From Longimicrobiales bacterium (GTDB taxonomy: Bacteria; Gemmatimonadota; Gemmatimonadetes; Longimicrobiales; Gaopeijiaceae): a DNA stretch of 64,000 bases. Made by a program: the position numbers and the translations under genes. A model generated the notes under the pieces. It was not told where the DNA came from, did no database searches, and was given only the letters and a program-made list of their open reading frames with translations. The stretch covers positions 2,848,001 to 2,912,000 of the forward strand of contig CBDFMQ010000002.1 in the NCBI GenBank assembly GCA_965249725.1, written 5' to 3'. Positions within the stretch are counted from its first letter, which is position 1. Every line of letters starts with the position of its first letter. This document shows positions 22,907 to 31,767 of this stretch, in pieces.

Positions 22907-23569
22907 CTACCTCAGGCGCAGTCCTTCCACCAAAACGCCCGGGATGCGGTGGTTGACCCGCACGCCCCAGATGCCGTCGGTCTGGGAACGCATTCCGGAC
23001 AACTCGGGCATGTTGAGACGCGCCTGAATGATAGTCCCGAGGGTGTAGACGACGCTTCCGTTCACCATGAAGTCGGTCCCTGCCTCGGTCACCCTGATCT
23101 GGAGCTGGTTGACCGACCTGCCGCTGGCATCGGGCTGCACCACGGCATCGTGCGGCGCGCGAGGGGCGATGTCGTGGGTCACCCCGTCCCCGGCTCGGTG
23201 CTTGACGATGAAGCTGCCGTCCTGCGCCACGAGGAAGTACAGATAGTTCTGTCCGGGGCCCTCCAGGTCACGACCGCCGTACACCAGGCCGTAGTAGTTC
23301 ACATGATCGCTGGGTTTCAGCAGGGTGAACCGTCCGTCGAGCGTGTACTCACCCGAGGCGGTGTTCTGAGCGTTCCACGCCACGGCCGCGGGTCCGGTGC
23401 TGATCTGAAACCCACTCGCGACGGTCGTGAACTCCACTTCGGGGACGTCGTCCGGGTCGGCCGCGTTGGTGCTCCGGTCCACACGAAGCTGCCAACCCTC
23501 GGGCGCCTGCGCAGTCAGCGGCCCCGCAATCAGAAGCGAGAGGGCCACCAACGAGATTCGACGGATCAT
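22907..23569 (-). CDS. Secreted hypothetical protein (probable lectin/concanavalin-like beta-sandwich)
   Basis: Signal peptide; YGLVYGG, YLYFLV..DGSF.VK, F.VNG..V pattern; AGGAG RBS. Confidence 0.7.
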   Translation of the reverse strand: MIRRISLVALSLLIAGPLTAQAPEGWQLRVDRSTNAADPDDVPEVEFTTVASGFQISTGPAAVAWNAQNTASGEYTLDGRFTLLKPSDHVNYYGLVYGGRDLEGPGQNYLYFLVAQDGSFIVKHRAGDGVTHDIAPRAPHDAVVQPDASGRSVNQLQIRVTEAGTDFMVNGSVVYTLGTIIQARLNMPELSGMRSQTDGIWGVRVNHRIPGVLVEGLRLR

Positions 23570-23639
23570 GAAAGGACTCCTAGCGGCTGTGAGACCGGCG
23601 ACCGGGGCGGATCGCCCCGGCCGCCTCGGTTCCGGCTCC

Positions 23640-25166
23640 CTAGCCCCGGCCGGGGTTCATGTACAAGAAGATCTTGTCGGCGGTCTCGTCCACTCCGGTG
23701 ATGTCCAGATCGCCGTCCCGGTCCCGATCGTGGATGATGGCACACGACCCCGCCTCGCCCGACACGAGCGTGCGCGGCCGGACCAGCGTTCCGTCTCCGG
23801 CGTTCTCGTAGATCGTGAACGAGTCGCCGGCCTTGTCGCTGCTCACCACGTCGAGGTCACCGTCGCCGTCGATGTCTCCCACGTCGATCGCCAGGGGATC
23901 CTCGCCGATGGGGTACTGCATCGGCTCGGCCAGATTGCCCTTACCGTCACCAAGAAAGATGGCCGCGGTGTTCGTCTGGCGATTCGCAGAAATCACGTCG
24001 ACATGGCCGTCACCGTTCATGTCTCCTGAGACGATCATCCATGTACGGCCGCGCATCGACACTTTGCTCGCGAACTCCAGGCTACCCTTGCCGTCCCCGA
24101 GATAGACGAGCATTTCGTCGCTGTTGAACGCCCCGACGAACAGATCGAGGATCCCGTCTTCGTTCGCGTCACCGGTGGCGCACGTCTTCTCTCCCCGACC
24201 GGGAGACGGGATGGTCGTGATGTCCGAGAAGACCCCGTTGCCGTCGTTCAGCATCATCGAAATCGTGCCCCGGTTCGGCTCCACCCCGCCAGTCATATTG
24301 GCGGTGGCGATGTCGGGTGACCCGTCCAGATTCAGGTCCATGATGCACAGCCCACGAATGTTCGTCCCGGCGTGGTAGCTCGCACCCACGCGGAAGGTGC
24401 CGTCGCCCACGCCCATGAACACGGAGACCAGGTCGTTGCCTGCGTTGCCCACCGCGAAGTCCGTGATCCCGTCGCCGTTGAAGTCGGCCCCCTCGTTCGG
24501 GCTCGGGTACGCACCCGACGGGATTTCCAGCACGGTGAAGTCGGAGTAGTTACCCGCGCCATCGTTGAGCATGACGCGGACGTCGCCCGAGACCTCGTTG
24601 GGGATGGCTATGTCAGGGTAGCCGTCGTCGTTGAAGTCCCCTGCGTATCCGCCGTAGGGCTGCGTGTGGTCCTCGCCCTCCTGCAGAGTCGTGACAAACC
24701 CCAGTTCGACCATATCGAGCGATCCCGGCCCAGACTTGATCCAGAAGGACCACGTGTATCCGGTCGGCAGGGTCTCGCCTCCGGCCGTCCGAACTCCGTC
24801 GCGCAGGGTAGCCGTGACGGCTTCGCCCGCGTGGAACGCCTGCTCCGGCTCGAACCGGATCCGCGTTCCATCCTCCTCCAACGTCACGCGACCGTTCGCC
24901 ACACCCGACCACCGTCCCCAAACAGCGAGGGCCTTCGGGTCGAACGTGGCAGCGTCGAGTGGCTCCGAGACCGTGAGTACGATGGGATCTTCGGCACCCG
25001 TGGATGCACTGTGGGCCGCGGGTGAGACGGAGCTCACCAACGCGGCAGTGGTCAAGGGGGCGGCGGGTTCTCCTTCGGCAAGGACAATGCCGGGTGAAGC
25101 GGGCCCTTTGATGAAGACAGCGGTCACCAACGCAACGGACAGAACAAAGCCAAACAGCGTCTTCAT
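23640..25166 (-). CDS. FG-GAP/VCBS repeat protein with N-terminal Big_5-like domain
   Basis: Repeated GDFNDDGYPD, ADFNGDGITD, GDMNGDGHVD, GDIDGDGDLD; GGAGGG RBS before MKTLFG. Confidence 0.85.
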   Translation of the reverse strand: MKTLFGFVLSVALVTAVFIKGPASPGIVLAEGEPAAPLTTAALVSSVSPAAHSASTGAEDPIVLTVSEPLDAATFDPKALAVWGRWSGVANGRVTLEEDGTRIRFEPEQAFHAGEAVTATLRDGVRTAGGETLPTGYTWSFWIKSGPGSLDMVELGFVTTLQEGEDHTQPYGGYAGDFNDDGYPDIAIPNEVSGDVRVMLNDGAGNYSDFTVLEIPSGAYPSPNEGADFNGDGITDFAVGNAGNDLVSVFMGVGDGTFRVGASYHAGTNIRGLCIMDLNLDGSPDIATANMTGGVEPNRGTISMMLNDGNGVFSDITTIPSPGRGEKTCATGDANEDGILDLFVGAFNSDEMLVYLGDGKGSLEFASKVSMRGRTWMIVSGDMNGDGHVDVISANRQTNTAAIFLGDGKGNLAEPMQYPIGEDPLAIDVGDIDGDGDLDVVSSDKAGDSFTIYENAGDGTLVRPRTLVSGEAGSCAIIHDRDRDGDLDITGVDETADKIFLYMNPGRG

Positions 25167-25395
25167 GGCCCTTACCCTCCAAATGACGGGACACAGCCAC
25201 GGCACCCTCCAAAGGGGTACCATGCCGGGCATTTGGGCCGCCCGGGCAGACAATCTAGGACGTAGGCGGTGGGATCGCGAATAACACCCGCGCGGCGGGC
25301 CAGGACCGAGAAGATCATTCCGTACATCAACAGACCTCCTGGAGCCTCCTGTACTTGAACCGCTACCGCGTCAGACGGCTGCGGGTCTCGTTATC

Positions 25396-25584
25396 TCACG
25401 TCTCGCGACGGCGAACCTCACCGGTACGACGATCGCTTTCCACGCGACGGCCCGCCGAACGCTGCTCGATCTCGGTGGGCGTTTCGCGGACGCGCCGATT
25501 CTCCACGCGGCGTCCGTCTTGCTCGCGTCGCTGGGAGTCACTGCGATGGTCGGGTCCTTGATGCTGATCGATAGCCAGGTCCAT
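25396..25584 (-). CDS. Small Arg-rich hypothetical protein with repeated xRR motifs
   Basis: 62 aa: QRRE, GRRV, NRRV, GRRV, DRRT, VRRR; co-oriented with neighbours. Confidence 0.4.
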   Translation of the reverse strand: MDLAIDQHQGPDHRSDSQRREQDGRRVENRRVRETPTEIEQRSAGRRVESDRRTGEVRRRET

Positions 25585-25708
25585 GTGGTTCGTCTCTTTG
25601 GGGGGGGCACCTGTGGTACGTCTCGAAACAAGCTAACACTGCTCTCGCCGCTCCACCCGATCCGGTAGCCCCGCGGTCCGGAGAAGCCGCTGTACTCTTC
25701 GAGGCCGG

Positions 25709-26782
25709 TTAGGCCACCGCCTCTTCCGCCGCGTCGACCGCAGCCTCGAGTCGTTCGGCGAACGGCGCTCCGACGATCCCCTGCTCCGTCACGATTCCCG
25801 TGATGAGCTCCGCCGGCGTGATGTCGAACGCCGGGCTCCAAATGGGCACGTCGGAAGGAGACGTCAGCGTGCCGAACCCCAGTCGGATTTCATCCTCGCC
25901 CCGATGCTCGATCGGGATCTCTTCACCGGACCCCGAGTCGAAATCGACGGTCGAAGTCGGTGCCAGTACGTAGAACGGGACCCCGTGATGTTTGGCCAGG
26001 ACCGCCAGCCCGTAGCTCCCGATCTTGCTCGCCACATCACCGTTGGCCGCGATCCGATCCGCGCCCACGAGCACCAGGTCGGGCTTCGTCCGCTGGAAGA
26101 ACGCTCCCGCCATGTTGTCGGTGATCACGCGCACATCGAGGCCCGCCCGCTTGAGCTCCCACGCGGTGAGGCGACTTCCCTGCAAAAGCGGTCGGGTTTC
26201 CGCCGCGAGGACCTCCATCGACTTGCCCTGCTCATGGGCCACATAAACGGGCGCGAGCGCCGTTCCGATTCCCCCGGTCGCTAGGGTCCCCGCGTTGCCG
26301 TGCGTCAGCACGCGTGATCCGTCCTCGATGAGTTTGGCCCCGTGCTCGCCGATCACATCGCACGTGGCGGCGTCCTCATCCCAGATAGCCTGCGCCTCGC
26401 TCGTGAGGGCCTCCACCAAGGTCGCCGTGTCGTCGTCCTCGTTGTCGCGAGTGATGTCACGCATGCGGGAGAGCGCCCAAGAGAGGTTCACGGGGGTCGA
26501 GCGGGCCGTGGCGAAGTAGTCACACCATCGCCCGACGTCGTAGCGCAGGATCCTCGGCTCGGCCATGAGATCCTGCCGTGCGAGCGCAGCCACGCCCATC
26601 GCCGCGGTGATCCCGATGAGGGGTGCCCCTCTGACCTGGAGGGTGTAGATCGCGTCGAAGATCTGCTGGACCGTCTGGAGTTCGACCTCCACGCACTCTT
26701 CGGGCAACCGCGTCTGATCCAGGATGATCGGAGCGGTCTTGTCGTCGTTCCAGCGAATGGGATGTACGGTAGAAGGCGTCAT
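25709..26782 (-). CDS. mtnA: MtnA-like methylthioribose-1-phosphate isomerase (catalytic Cys substituted)
   Basis: ILDQTRLP, VRGAPLIG, ETRPLLQGSRLTAWEL, VGADRIAANGD, PAFDITP; but HGNAG instead of HCNAG. Confidence 0.85.
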   Translation of the reverse strand: MTPSTVHPIRWNDDKTAPIILDQTRLPEECVEVELQTVQQIFDAIYTLQVRGAPLIGITAAMGVAALARQDLMAEPRILRYDVGRWCDYFATARSTPVNLSWALSRMRDITRDNEDDDTATLVEALTSEAQAIWDEDAATCDVIGEHGAKLIEDGSRVLTHGNAGTLATGGIGTALAPVYVAHEQGKSMEVLAAETRPLLQGSRLTAWELKRAGLDVRVITDNMAGAFFQRTKPDLVLVGADRIAANGDVASKIGSYGLAVLAKHHGVPFYVLAPTSTVDFDSGSGEEIPIEHRGEDEIRLGFGTLTSPSDVPIWSPAFDITPAELITGIVTEQGIVGAPFAERLEAAVDAAEEAVA

Positions 26783-26885
26783 TCAATGCCTGGATGAAAG
26801 CGGTTTGCGAGGCCAAGTGGGTACGTCGTGGGTGGCCCGGTGCCCGACAAATAGAGCCAGGCACCGGCCTCGGTTCAACCTCCGG

Positions 26886-26952
26886 CGCTTCACCGTCGAG
26901 CTTCAACTGACGCTTCAACGTCGAGCTTCAACTGACGTTTCAACGTCGAGCT
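26886..26952. repeat. About 2.7 copies of a 25-bp tandem repeat
   Basis: CGCTTCACCGTCGAGCTTCAACTGA / CGCTTCAACGTCGAGCTTCAACTGA / CGTTTCAACGTCGAGCT. Confidence 0.95.
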
Positions 26953-27089
26953 CAGAGCCCCTCGGGGGCCATCTCCTCCAGCTGCTTGATGAGCGTTCGG
27001 TGAGACCGGATCAGGTATCCGCCGACCGCCACACCAGCCACGAGGTTGGCCGCGAGCACGCTCCACCAAGGAAGAACGGTCTCTTTCAA
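26952..27089 (-). pseudogene. Small single-TM ORF or 3' remnant of a membrane protein
   Basis: Manual translation LKETVLPWWSVLAANLVAGVAVGGYLIRSHRTLIKQLEEMAPEGL*; preceded in frame by TGA, TTG start only. Confidence 0.4.
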
Positions 27090-27120
27090 TCAGCTCGGTG
27101 CCGCAGCACCACCTCAACAC

Positions 27121-27918
27121 TTAACCCTTACGCTTGCCGGCTGCAGCCCTCTTGGCGGGCGCTGCCCTCTTCGAGGGGGCCTTCTTGGCCGGAGCTTTCT
27201 TGGCCGGAGCCTTCTTGGCGGGCGCCGCCCTCTTCGAGGGAGCCTTCTTGGCTGCTGCTGCCGTCCTGGCCGGGGCTTTTTTCGCTGGGGACTTCCTAGC
27301 AGGAGCCTTCTTGGCCGGGGACTTCCTAGCAGGAGCTTTCTTGGCCGGGGCGGACTTCTTGGAGGAGGCCTTCTTCGCAGCCGCGGCCTTCCTCGCCGCA
27401 GCCGCGCCCTTCTTCACCGCACTCGCGGTCCTCGCGACGGTCTTCTTGGCGGCACCAGCCCTTCCCTTCGCCCGCGTCGTCGCCTTCTTCGCGCTGGCGC
27501 CGACCTTCTTGACCGTCTTCTTCGCCGCCTTCAGTCGCGCGGCACGCTCTTTGGCCTTGCGAGCCTTCTCGCGTTCCTTGGCCTTCTTGGCTTTCTCCCG
27601 CTCCCTGGCCTTGGCGGCCTTCTCCCGCTCCTTGGCCTTGCGAGCCCTCTCCCGATCCCTCTGAGCCTTCAGTTTCGCGGCGGCCCTGGCTTTGGCCGCT
27701 CTCGCCCGCGCGCGTTCCCGATCGAGCTTCGCCTTGGCCCTCTTGGCGGCGGCACGGGCCTTCTCGCGCTCCTTCTGCACGCGCGCCTTAGCCGCAGCCT
27801 TTTCCTTTGCGGCTTTCAGCTTGGCGGCCTTCGTACGAGCGCGCTCCCGTTCGAGCTTCGTGACCGGCTTCTTCGTGACCGGCTTCTTCGTCGACTTCTT
27901 CGCGGACTTCCGGGGCAT
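27121..27918 (-). CDS. Histone H1-like Lys/Ala/Arg-rich nucleoid protein
   Basis: [10 protein letters not shown] repeats at C-terminus, ERE/KAK coiled-coil middle; GGAGG RBS. Confidence 0.8.
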   Translation of the reverse strand: MPRKSAKKSTKKPVTKKPVTKLERERARTKAAKLKAAKEKAAAKARVQKEREKARAAAKRAKAKLDRERARARAAKARAAAKLKAQRDRERARKAKEREKAAKAREREKAKKAKEREKARKAKERAARLKAAKKTVKKVGASAKKATTRAKGRAGAAKKTVARTASAVKKGAAAARKAAAAKKASSKKSAPAKKAPARKSPAKKAPARKSPAKKAPARTAAAAKKAPSKRAAPAKKAPAKKAPAKKAPSKRAAPAKRAAAGKRKG

Positions 27919-28055
27919 CAAGGACCTCCATGGACGGGGCGTGGCAGAACCCCTAAAGATACCGTCGAGGGGGGCGCGAAAGGGAGGGATTCCTTATCAT
28001 GCCGATCGCGATCGAGCCGAACCCGGGGCCGGCGGAGCACACCCTCATAGCGAGC

Positions 28056-30173
28056 ATGACCATGATATCTTCGTGGAGTCTTTCGGTAAGCGCAGTCACC
28101 GTGTTTGCCCTCATTGCAGCCCCCGCTTCGGGCCAGCAGACCCTGGACACACAAGGTGGCCCGACCCTCGAAGACCTGTTCACGGTCAAGGGAGTCGGCG
28201 GCGTTCAGGTCTCGCCCGACGGGCAGGCGGCACTGTACCAGGTGAACACCTCCGATCTCGAGGAGAACGAGACGGATCAGGATATCTGGTTGCTTCGGCG
28301 TGACGGATCGGGCTGGGCGGAGCCTCTGCAACTCACCAGCGCCGAAGAGGACGACACGAACCCACAGTGGCGTCCCGGCAGCCAGGCCTTCGCGTTTCTT
28401 TCTTCGAGGAAGGGTGACGGCGGGGGCGGTCCCGGTAGGGCAGGTCCCCGCGGAGCCGACGGCAATGGAAACAGCGCCGGCCCACAGATCCAACTCATGG
28501 ACACCCGGGGCGGTGAGGCCCGCGAGCTGTTCGCTCACGAGACCACCATCTCCACGTTCCAGTGGTCCCCGGACGGACAATACCTCCTCTTCCGCGCGAC
28601 CGACCCCGAGACCGACGAGGACGAGGAGCGGAAGAAGTCTGGACGCGACATCAACGTTGAAGACCAACCGGGGCGCCCGAACCACCTTTGGCTGCTGGAC
28701 GTGGAAGCGGGGGAGGCTCGGAGAGTGACGGAGGGAGACGGCTTCACGGTGGGGCCGTTCGACTGGAGCCCGGACGGCACGCGCGCGGCGTTTTCAGCCA
28801 CGCCCACCGGTCGCCCGATGGACTCGTGGAAGAGCGACGTGTACGTGATCTCCGTGCACGACTCAGCGGCCGTGCCGCGCAAGATGACCGACAACCCCGG
28901 CCCCGACGCCAACCCGCAGTGGTCCCCGGACGGACAGTACCTCTACTACTCCGGACAACAGACCGAGCGGTACCAAGTGGCGGCAAACCACCTGTTCCGT
29001 ATTTCGGCGGACGGAGGCGACATCAAGGACGTGTCGCCCGAGGCCGACATCCAGGCCAGGGGCTTCACGCTCTCATCCGATGGGCGGCGCGCGTTCTTCA
29101 ACGCTACGACGGGCACGACTCGCGGGTTCTTCTATATGTCTCTCTCCGACCGTCGCCCCGTACGCCTGACGCCCGATCGTGGAGTCTACGGCTCCGCCGA
29201 CCTGTCGGACGACGGCAGAGTCATCGTGTACACATACGAGAACCCGAGCCGGCCGGTCGAGATCTACGCGTCTCAACTCTCACGCATGCCCACCTCGGAG
29301 TCGGTCGTGGCCGAGACCGCGCTCACCACCCACAACGCCCACACCTCCGACTGGACGCTCGGCCACACCGAGGTCCTGCAGTGGAAGTGCATCGACGGTT
29401 GGGACATGGAAGGCGTCGTGGTCTATCCCCACGACTGGACCGCCGACAGTGGTCCGCGCGCTACGGTCGTGAAGATCCACGGCGGACCCTCCGGTGTGTT
29501 CGTGGAGAACTTCCAGGCCGCATCGTCCTCTGCCGACGCACAGCGCTACGCCGCGGACGGGTACGTGGTGCTGCTGCCCAATCCGAGAGGCTCCTCCGGG
29601 TACGGCGAGGAAGGGCTCAAGGCCGTGGTCGGCGATTGGGGAGGACTCGACTTTCAGGACATCATGACGGGTGTCGACGAGCTGGTGGATCGGGGCGTCT
29701 CGCACCCCGACTCTCTCGGCGTCATGGGGTGGAGCTACGGCGGATTCATGACCGCCTGGACCGTGACACAGACGTCACGCTTCAAGGCGGCCGTCGCCGG
29801 AGCCGCGATCACGGAGAACATCTCCATGTGGGGCACGCAGGACATTCAGCATGTCTTCGAGGCCTACTTCGGCGCGGGCCCCTACGAGCCGGGCATGATG
29901 GAGGTCTACCAGAAGTCCAACCCGCTGGCGTTCATCGAGAACGCCACCACACCGACCATGATCCTGCACGGCGAGAACGATCCTCGGGTTCCGCCCAATC
30001 AGGCGATGACGTTCTACCGAGGGCTCATCGCAAACGGGGTCGATACCAAGCTGGTGTGGCTGCCACGCACGGGTCACGGGCCGCGTGAGCCGGGGCTGAG
30101 GTACGAGACGGCGCGAAACCAGAAGGAGTGGATGGACCGGTGGATTCGGACGCCGCGGCCGATTACGGAGTGA
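28056..30173 (+). CDS. S9 family peptidase (prolyl oligopeptidase/acylaminoacyl peptidase)
   Basis: WSPDG propeller repeats, IHGGP, NPRGSSGYG, GWSYGG, HGENDPRV, C-terminal GH; start approximate. Confidence 0.92.
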   Translation: MTMISSWSLSVSAVTVFALIAAPASGQQTLDTQGGPTLEDLFTVKGVGGVQVSPDGQAALYQVNTSDLEENETDQDIWLLRRDGSGWAEPLQLTSAEEDDTNPQWRPGSQAFAFLSSRKGDGGGGPGRAGPRGADGNGNSAGPQIQLMDTRGGEARELFAHETTISTFQWSPDGQYLLFRATDPETDEDEERKKSGRDINVEDQPGRPNHLWLLDVEAGEARRVTEGDGFTVGPFDWSPDGTRAAFSATPTGRPMDSWKSDVYVISVHDSAAVPRKMTDNPGPDANPQWSPDGQYLYYSGQQTERYQVAANHLFRISADGGDIKDVSPEADIQARGFTLSSDGRRAFFNATTGTTRGFFYMSLSDRRPVRLTPDRGVYGSADLSDDGRVIVYTYENPSRPVEIYASQLSRMPTSESVVAETALTTHNAHTSDWTLGHTEVLQWKCIDGWDMEGVVVYPHDWTADSGPRATVVKIHGGPSGVFVENFQAASSSADAQRYAADGYVVLLPNPRGSSGYGEEGLKAVVGDWGGLDFQDIMTGVDELVDRGVSHPDSLGVMGWSYGGFMTAWTVTQTSRFKAAVAGAAITENISMWGTQDIQHVFEAYFGAGPYEPGMMEVYQKSNPLAFIENATTPTMILHGENDPRVPPNQAMTFYRGLIANGVDTKLVWLPRTGHGPREPGLRYETARNQKEWMDRWIRTPRPITE

Positions 30174-30186
30174 GGGGAGCGGCGGG

Positions 30187-30507
30187 TTAGTTCGGCACCC
30201 GCTCCTTCAGCTCCTCGAAGAAGTTCCTCACGAGGATGAGTTGGGGCACATCCGCTTCGTTCTGGTCGGCCAACGGCACCCGTGCCATCAAGAACCTCTG
30301 GTCGTCCGACGTGACATCGTACCATCCAGCCGCGATACCAACCGAGGCGCGCTCGGGAAGCTCGAAGAGGAGCTCCCTCCCCGTCACCCGGAAGCTGGGA
30401 CTCGTCTCGATCTGGGCCGCCACCATGCCCTGCGGCGTACCATAGAACAGCTCGCGACCGCTGTGAGCCCACATCGGCGAGATGGCAGCGCCGTCGGAGA
30501 CCAACCA
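30187..30507 (-). pseudogene. Orphan 3' remnant of another kinase-TolB-propeller paralogue
   Basis: WLVSDG..SPMWAHSGRELFY…WYDVTSDDQRFLM…LILVRNFFEELKERVPN parallels the C-terminus of 19022..21670; no kinase body upstream. Confidence 0.85.
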
Positions 30508-30638
30508 AGCGTGGTCCGATGTGCGATTGCCCGGCCGACCGCAGCGAGTCCCATCCTACCATGGTTGTGATAGGGGTGGTTCGCCTATGATGGCCATGAC
30601 CCCGAGATCACCTCCGACAAACGGCACTCAAGGTTGAT

Positions 30639-30669
30639 TGTGGATAGATCATCCACATATACTATCCAC
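30639..30669 (+). promoter_or_regulatory. Operator/promoter of RHH-MazF pair
   Basis: Inverted repeat TGTGGAT-N5-ATCCACA (30639-30657); TATACT-6nt-ATG. Confidence 0.65.
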
Positions 30670-30903
30670 ATGAAACCCATACAGGTCATGATGGACCAGG
30701 ATCTGCTCGCCGATCTCGACGCCACGGAAGAGGTGAAGCGCGACGGTCGGTCGGCGGTCTTGCGACGCGCGGCCGCCGAGTACCTCCTGCGGCATCGGAA
30801 CCGAGAGATCCGTGAGCGTTACCGAGAGGCCTACGGGAGTGAGTGTGATCTCGGGCCCGAATACGCTGGATGGGAGGAGCAAGGCGCATGGCCAGAGGAG
30901 TGA
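30670..30903 (+). CDS. CopG/RHH antitoxin
   Basis: MKPIQVMMDQDLLADLD…GRSAVLRRAAAEYL; overlaps toxin. Confidence 0.85.
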   Translation: MKPIQVMMDQDLLADLDATEEVKRDGRSAVLRRAAAEYLLRHRNREIRERYREAYGSECDLGPEYAGWEEQGAWPEE

Positions 30904-31217
30904 GGCGCGGGGAGATCTGGCTGTACGAGTTCAAGCCACCGGACAAACGCCGGCCGGTCCTGATCCTCACCCGCCCCGAAGTCATCGATCTTCTGCGCAC
31001 CGTGATGGTCGCCCCGATCACATCGACCATCCGCGGAGCTCCGGGGGAGGTCCCCGTGGGGATCGACGAGGGCCTCAAGGGTCCCTCCGCCGTCAACCTC
31101 GATCACGTGCAGACCGTAGAGCAGCGGCTACTCGGACGGTTCGTAGGATCGTTGTCACCCGAGTCGATGGCACTCGTCTGCGATGCGCTGATGGTGGCGA
31201 CCGGATGTGGGCCCTAG
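30888..31217 (+). CDS. mazF: PemK/MazF endoribonuclease toxin
   Basis: RGEIW, KRRPVLILT, VAPITS, S.VNLD.VQTV. Confidence 0.92.
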   Translation: MARGVRRGEIWLYEFKPPDKRRPVLILTRPEVIDLLRTVMVAPITSTIRGAPGEVPVGIDEGLKGPSAVNLDHVQTVEQRLLGRFVGSLSPESMALVCDALMVATGCGP

Positions 31218-31222
31218 TCCGG

Positions 31223-31747
31223 TCAGCTCGCCCGGAGCACGTCCCGAATGATCTTCTGGTGATGGTTGTTGTGGACGACCGAGAAACGAATCCATTGCAC
31301 GGCATTTAGGTCGCCGAATGCGAAGTGGTTCCGTCTGGCGCTCGAGGCCTGCAGTTGCCCGAGGGAGTCGCCTAGCCCCGTCACCCGCTCCCGAATCCCC
31401 GTAAACCTCGCTGCCAACTCCTCGGCGCTCGTGTCCTTGGGTCGTGTCGGATCGGGGGCTTTGCCGCGACCTCTGGGGAACGCCCCCGTGAGCAGAACGA
31501 CTCGTCCGATCAGACTCGGGCCACCCCCGGTCTCCAGTTCCGGATCGCCGTCGCGCGCTCGCTCGATCCACTTCACGATCAAGTCGTTCGCGACGGAGAG
31601 GTGCTCCAGATGATCCTTGACGCTCCACCCCGAGACGTCGGGCGCGGACGCATGGCACAGCTCCGAGTCGGACGCTTGCCCAATGATCACGTCCAAGCTC
31701 TCCAGGAGTTCACCGTGGTCTCGCCTGAGCTTCTTGCTGATAGCCAT
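31223..31747 (-). CDS. DinB family protein
   Basis: WSVKDHLEHL, HFAFG.L, HNNHH. Confidence 0.85.
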   Translation of the reverse strand: MAISKKLRRDHGELLESLDVIIGQASDSELCHASAPDVSGWSVKDHLEHLSVANDLIVKWIERARDGDPELETGGGPSLIGRVVLLTGAFPRGRGKAPDPTRPKDTSAEELAARFTGIRERVTGLGDSLGQLQASSARRNHFAFGDLNAVQWIRFSVVHNNHHQKIIRDVLRAS

Positions 31748-31767
31748 GCGCTCAAGCTATCGGTGAA

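Noticed and set aside
25632..25714. attC site after mtnA (GCCTAAC…GTTAGCT on minus strand)
   Set aside because: The second core does not fit GTTRRRY and internal complementarity is weak.
26886..26952. CRISPR array
   Set aside because: Repeats are directly adjacent with no spacers, and there are no cas genes.
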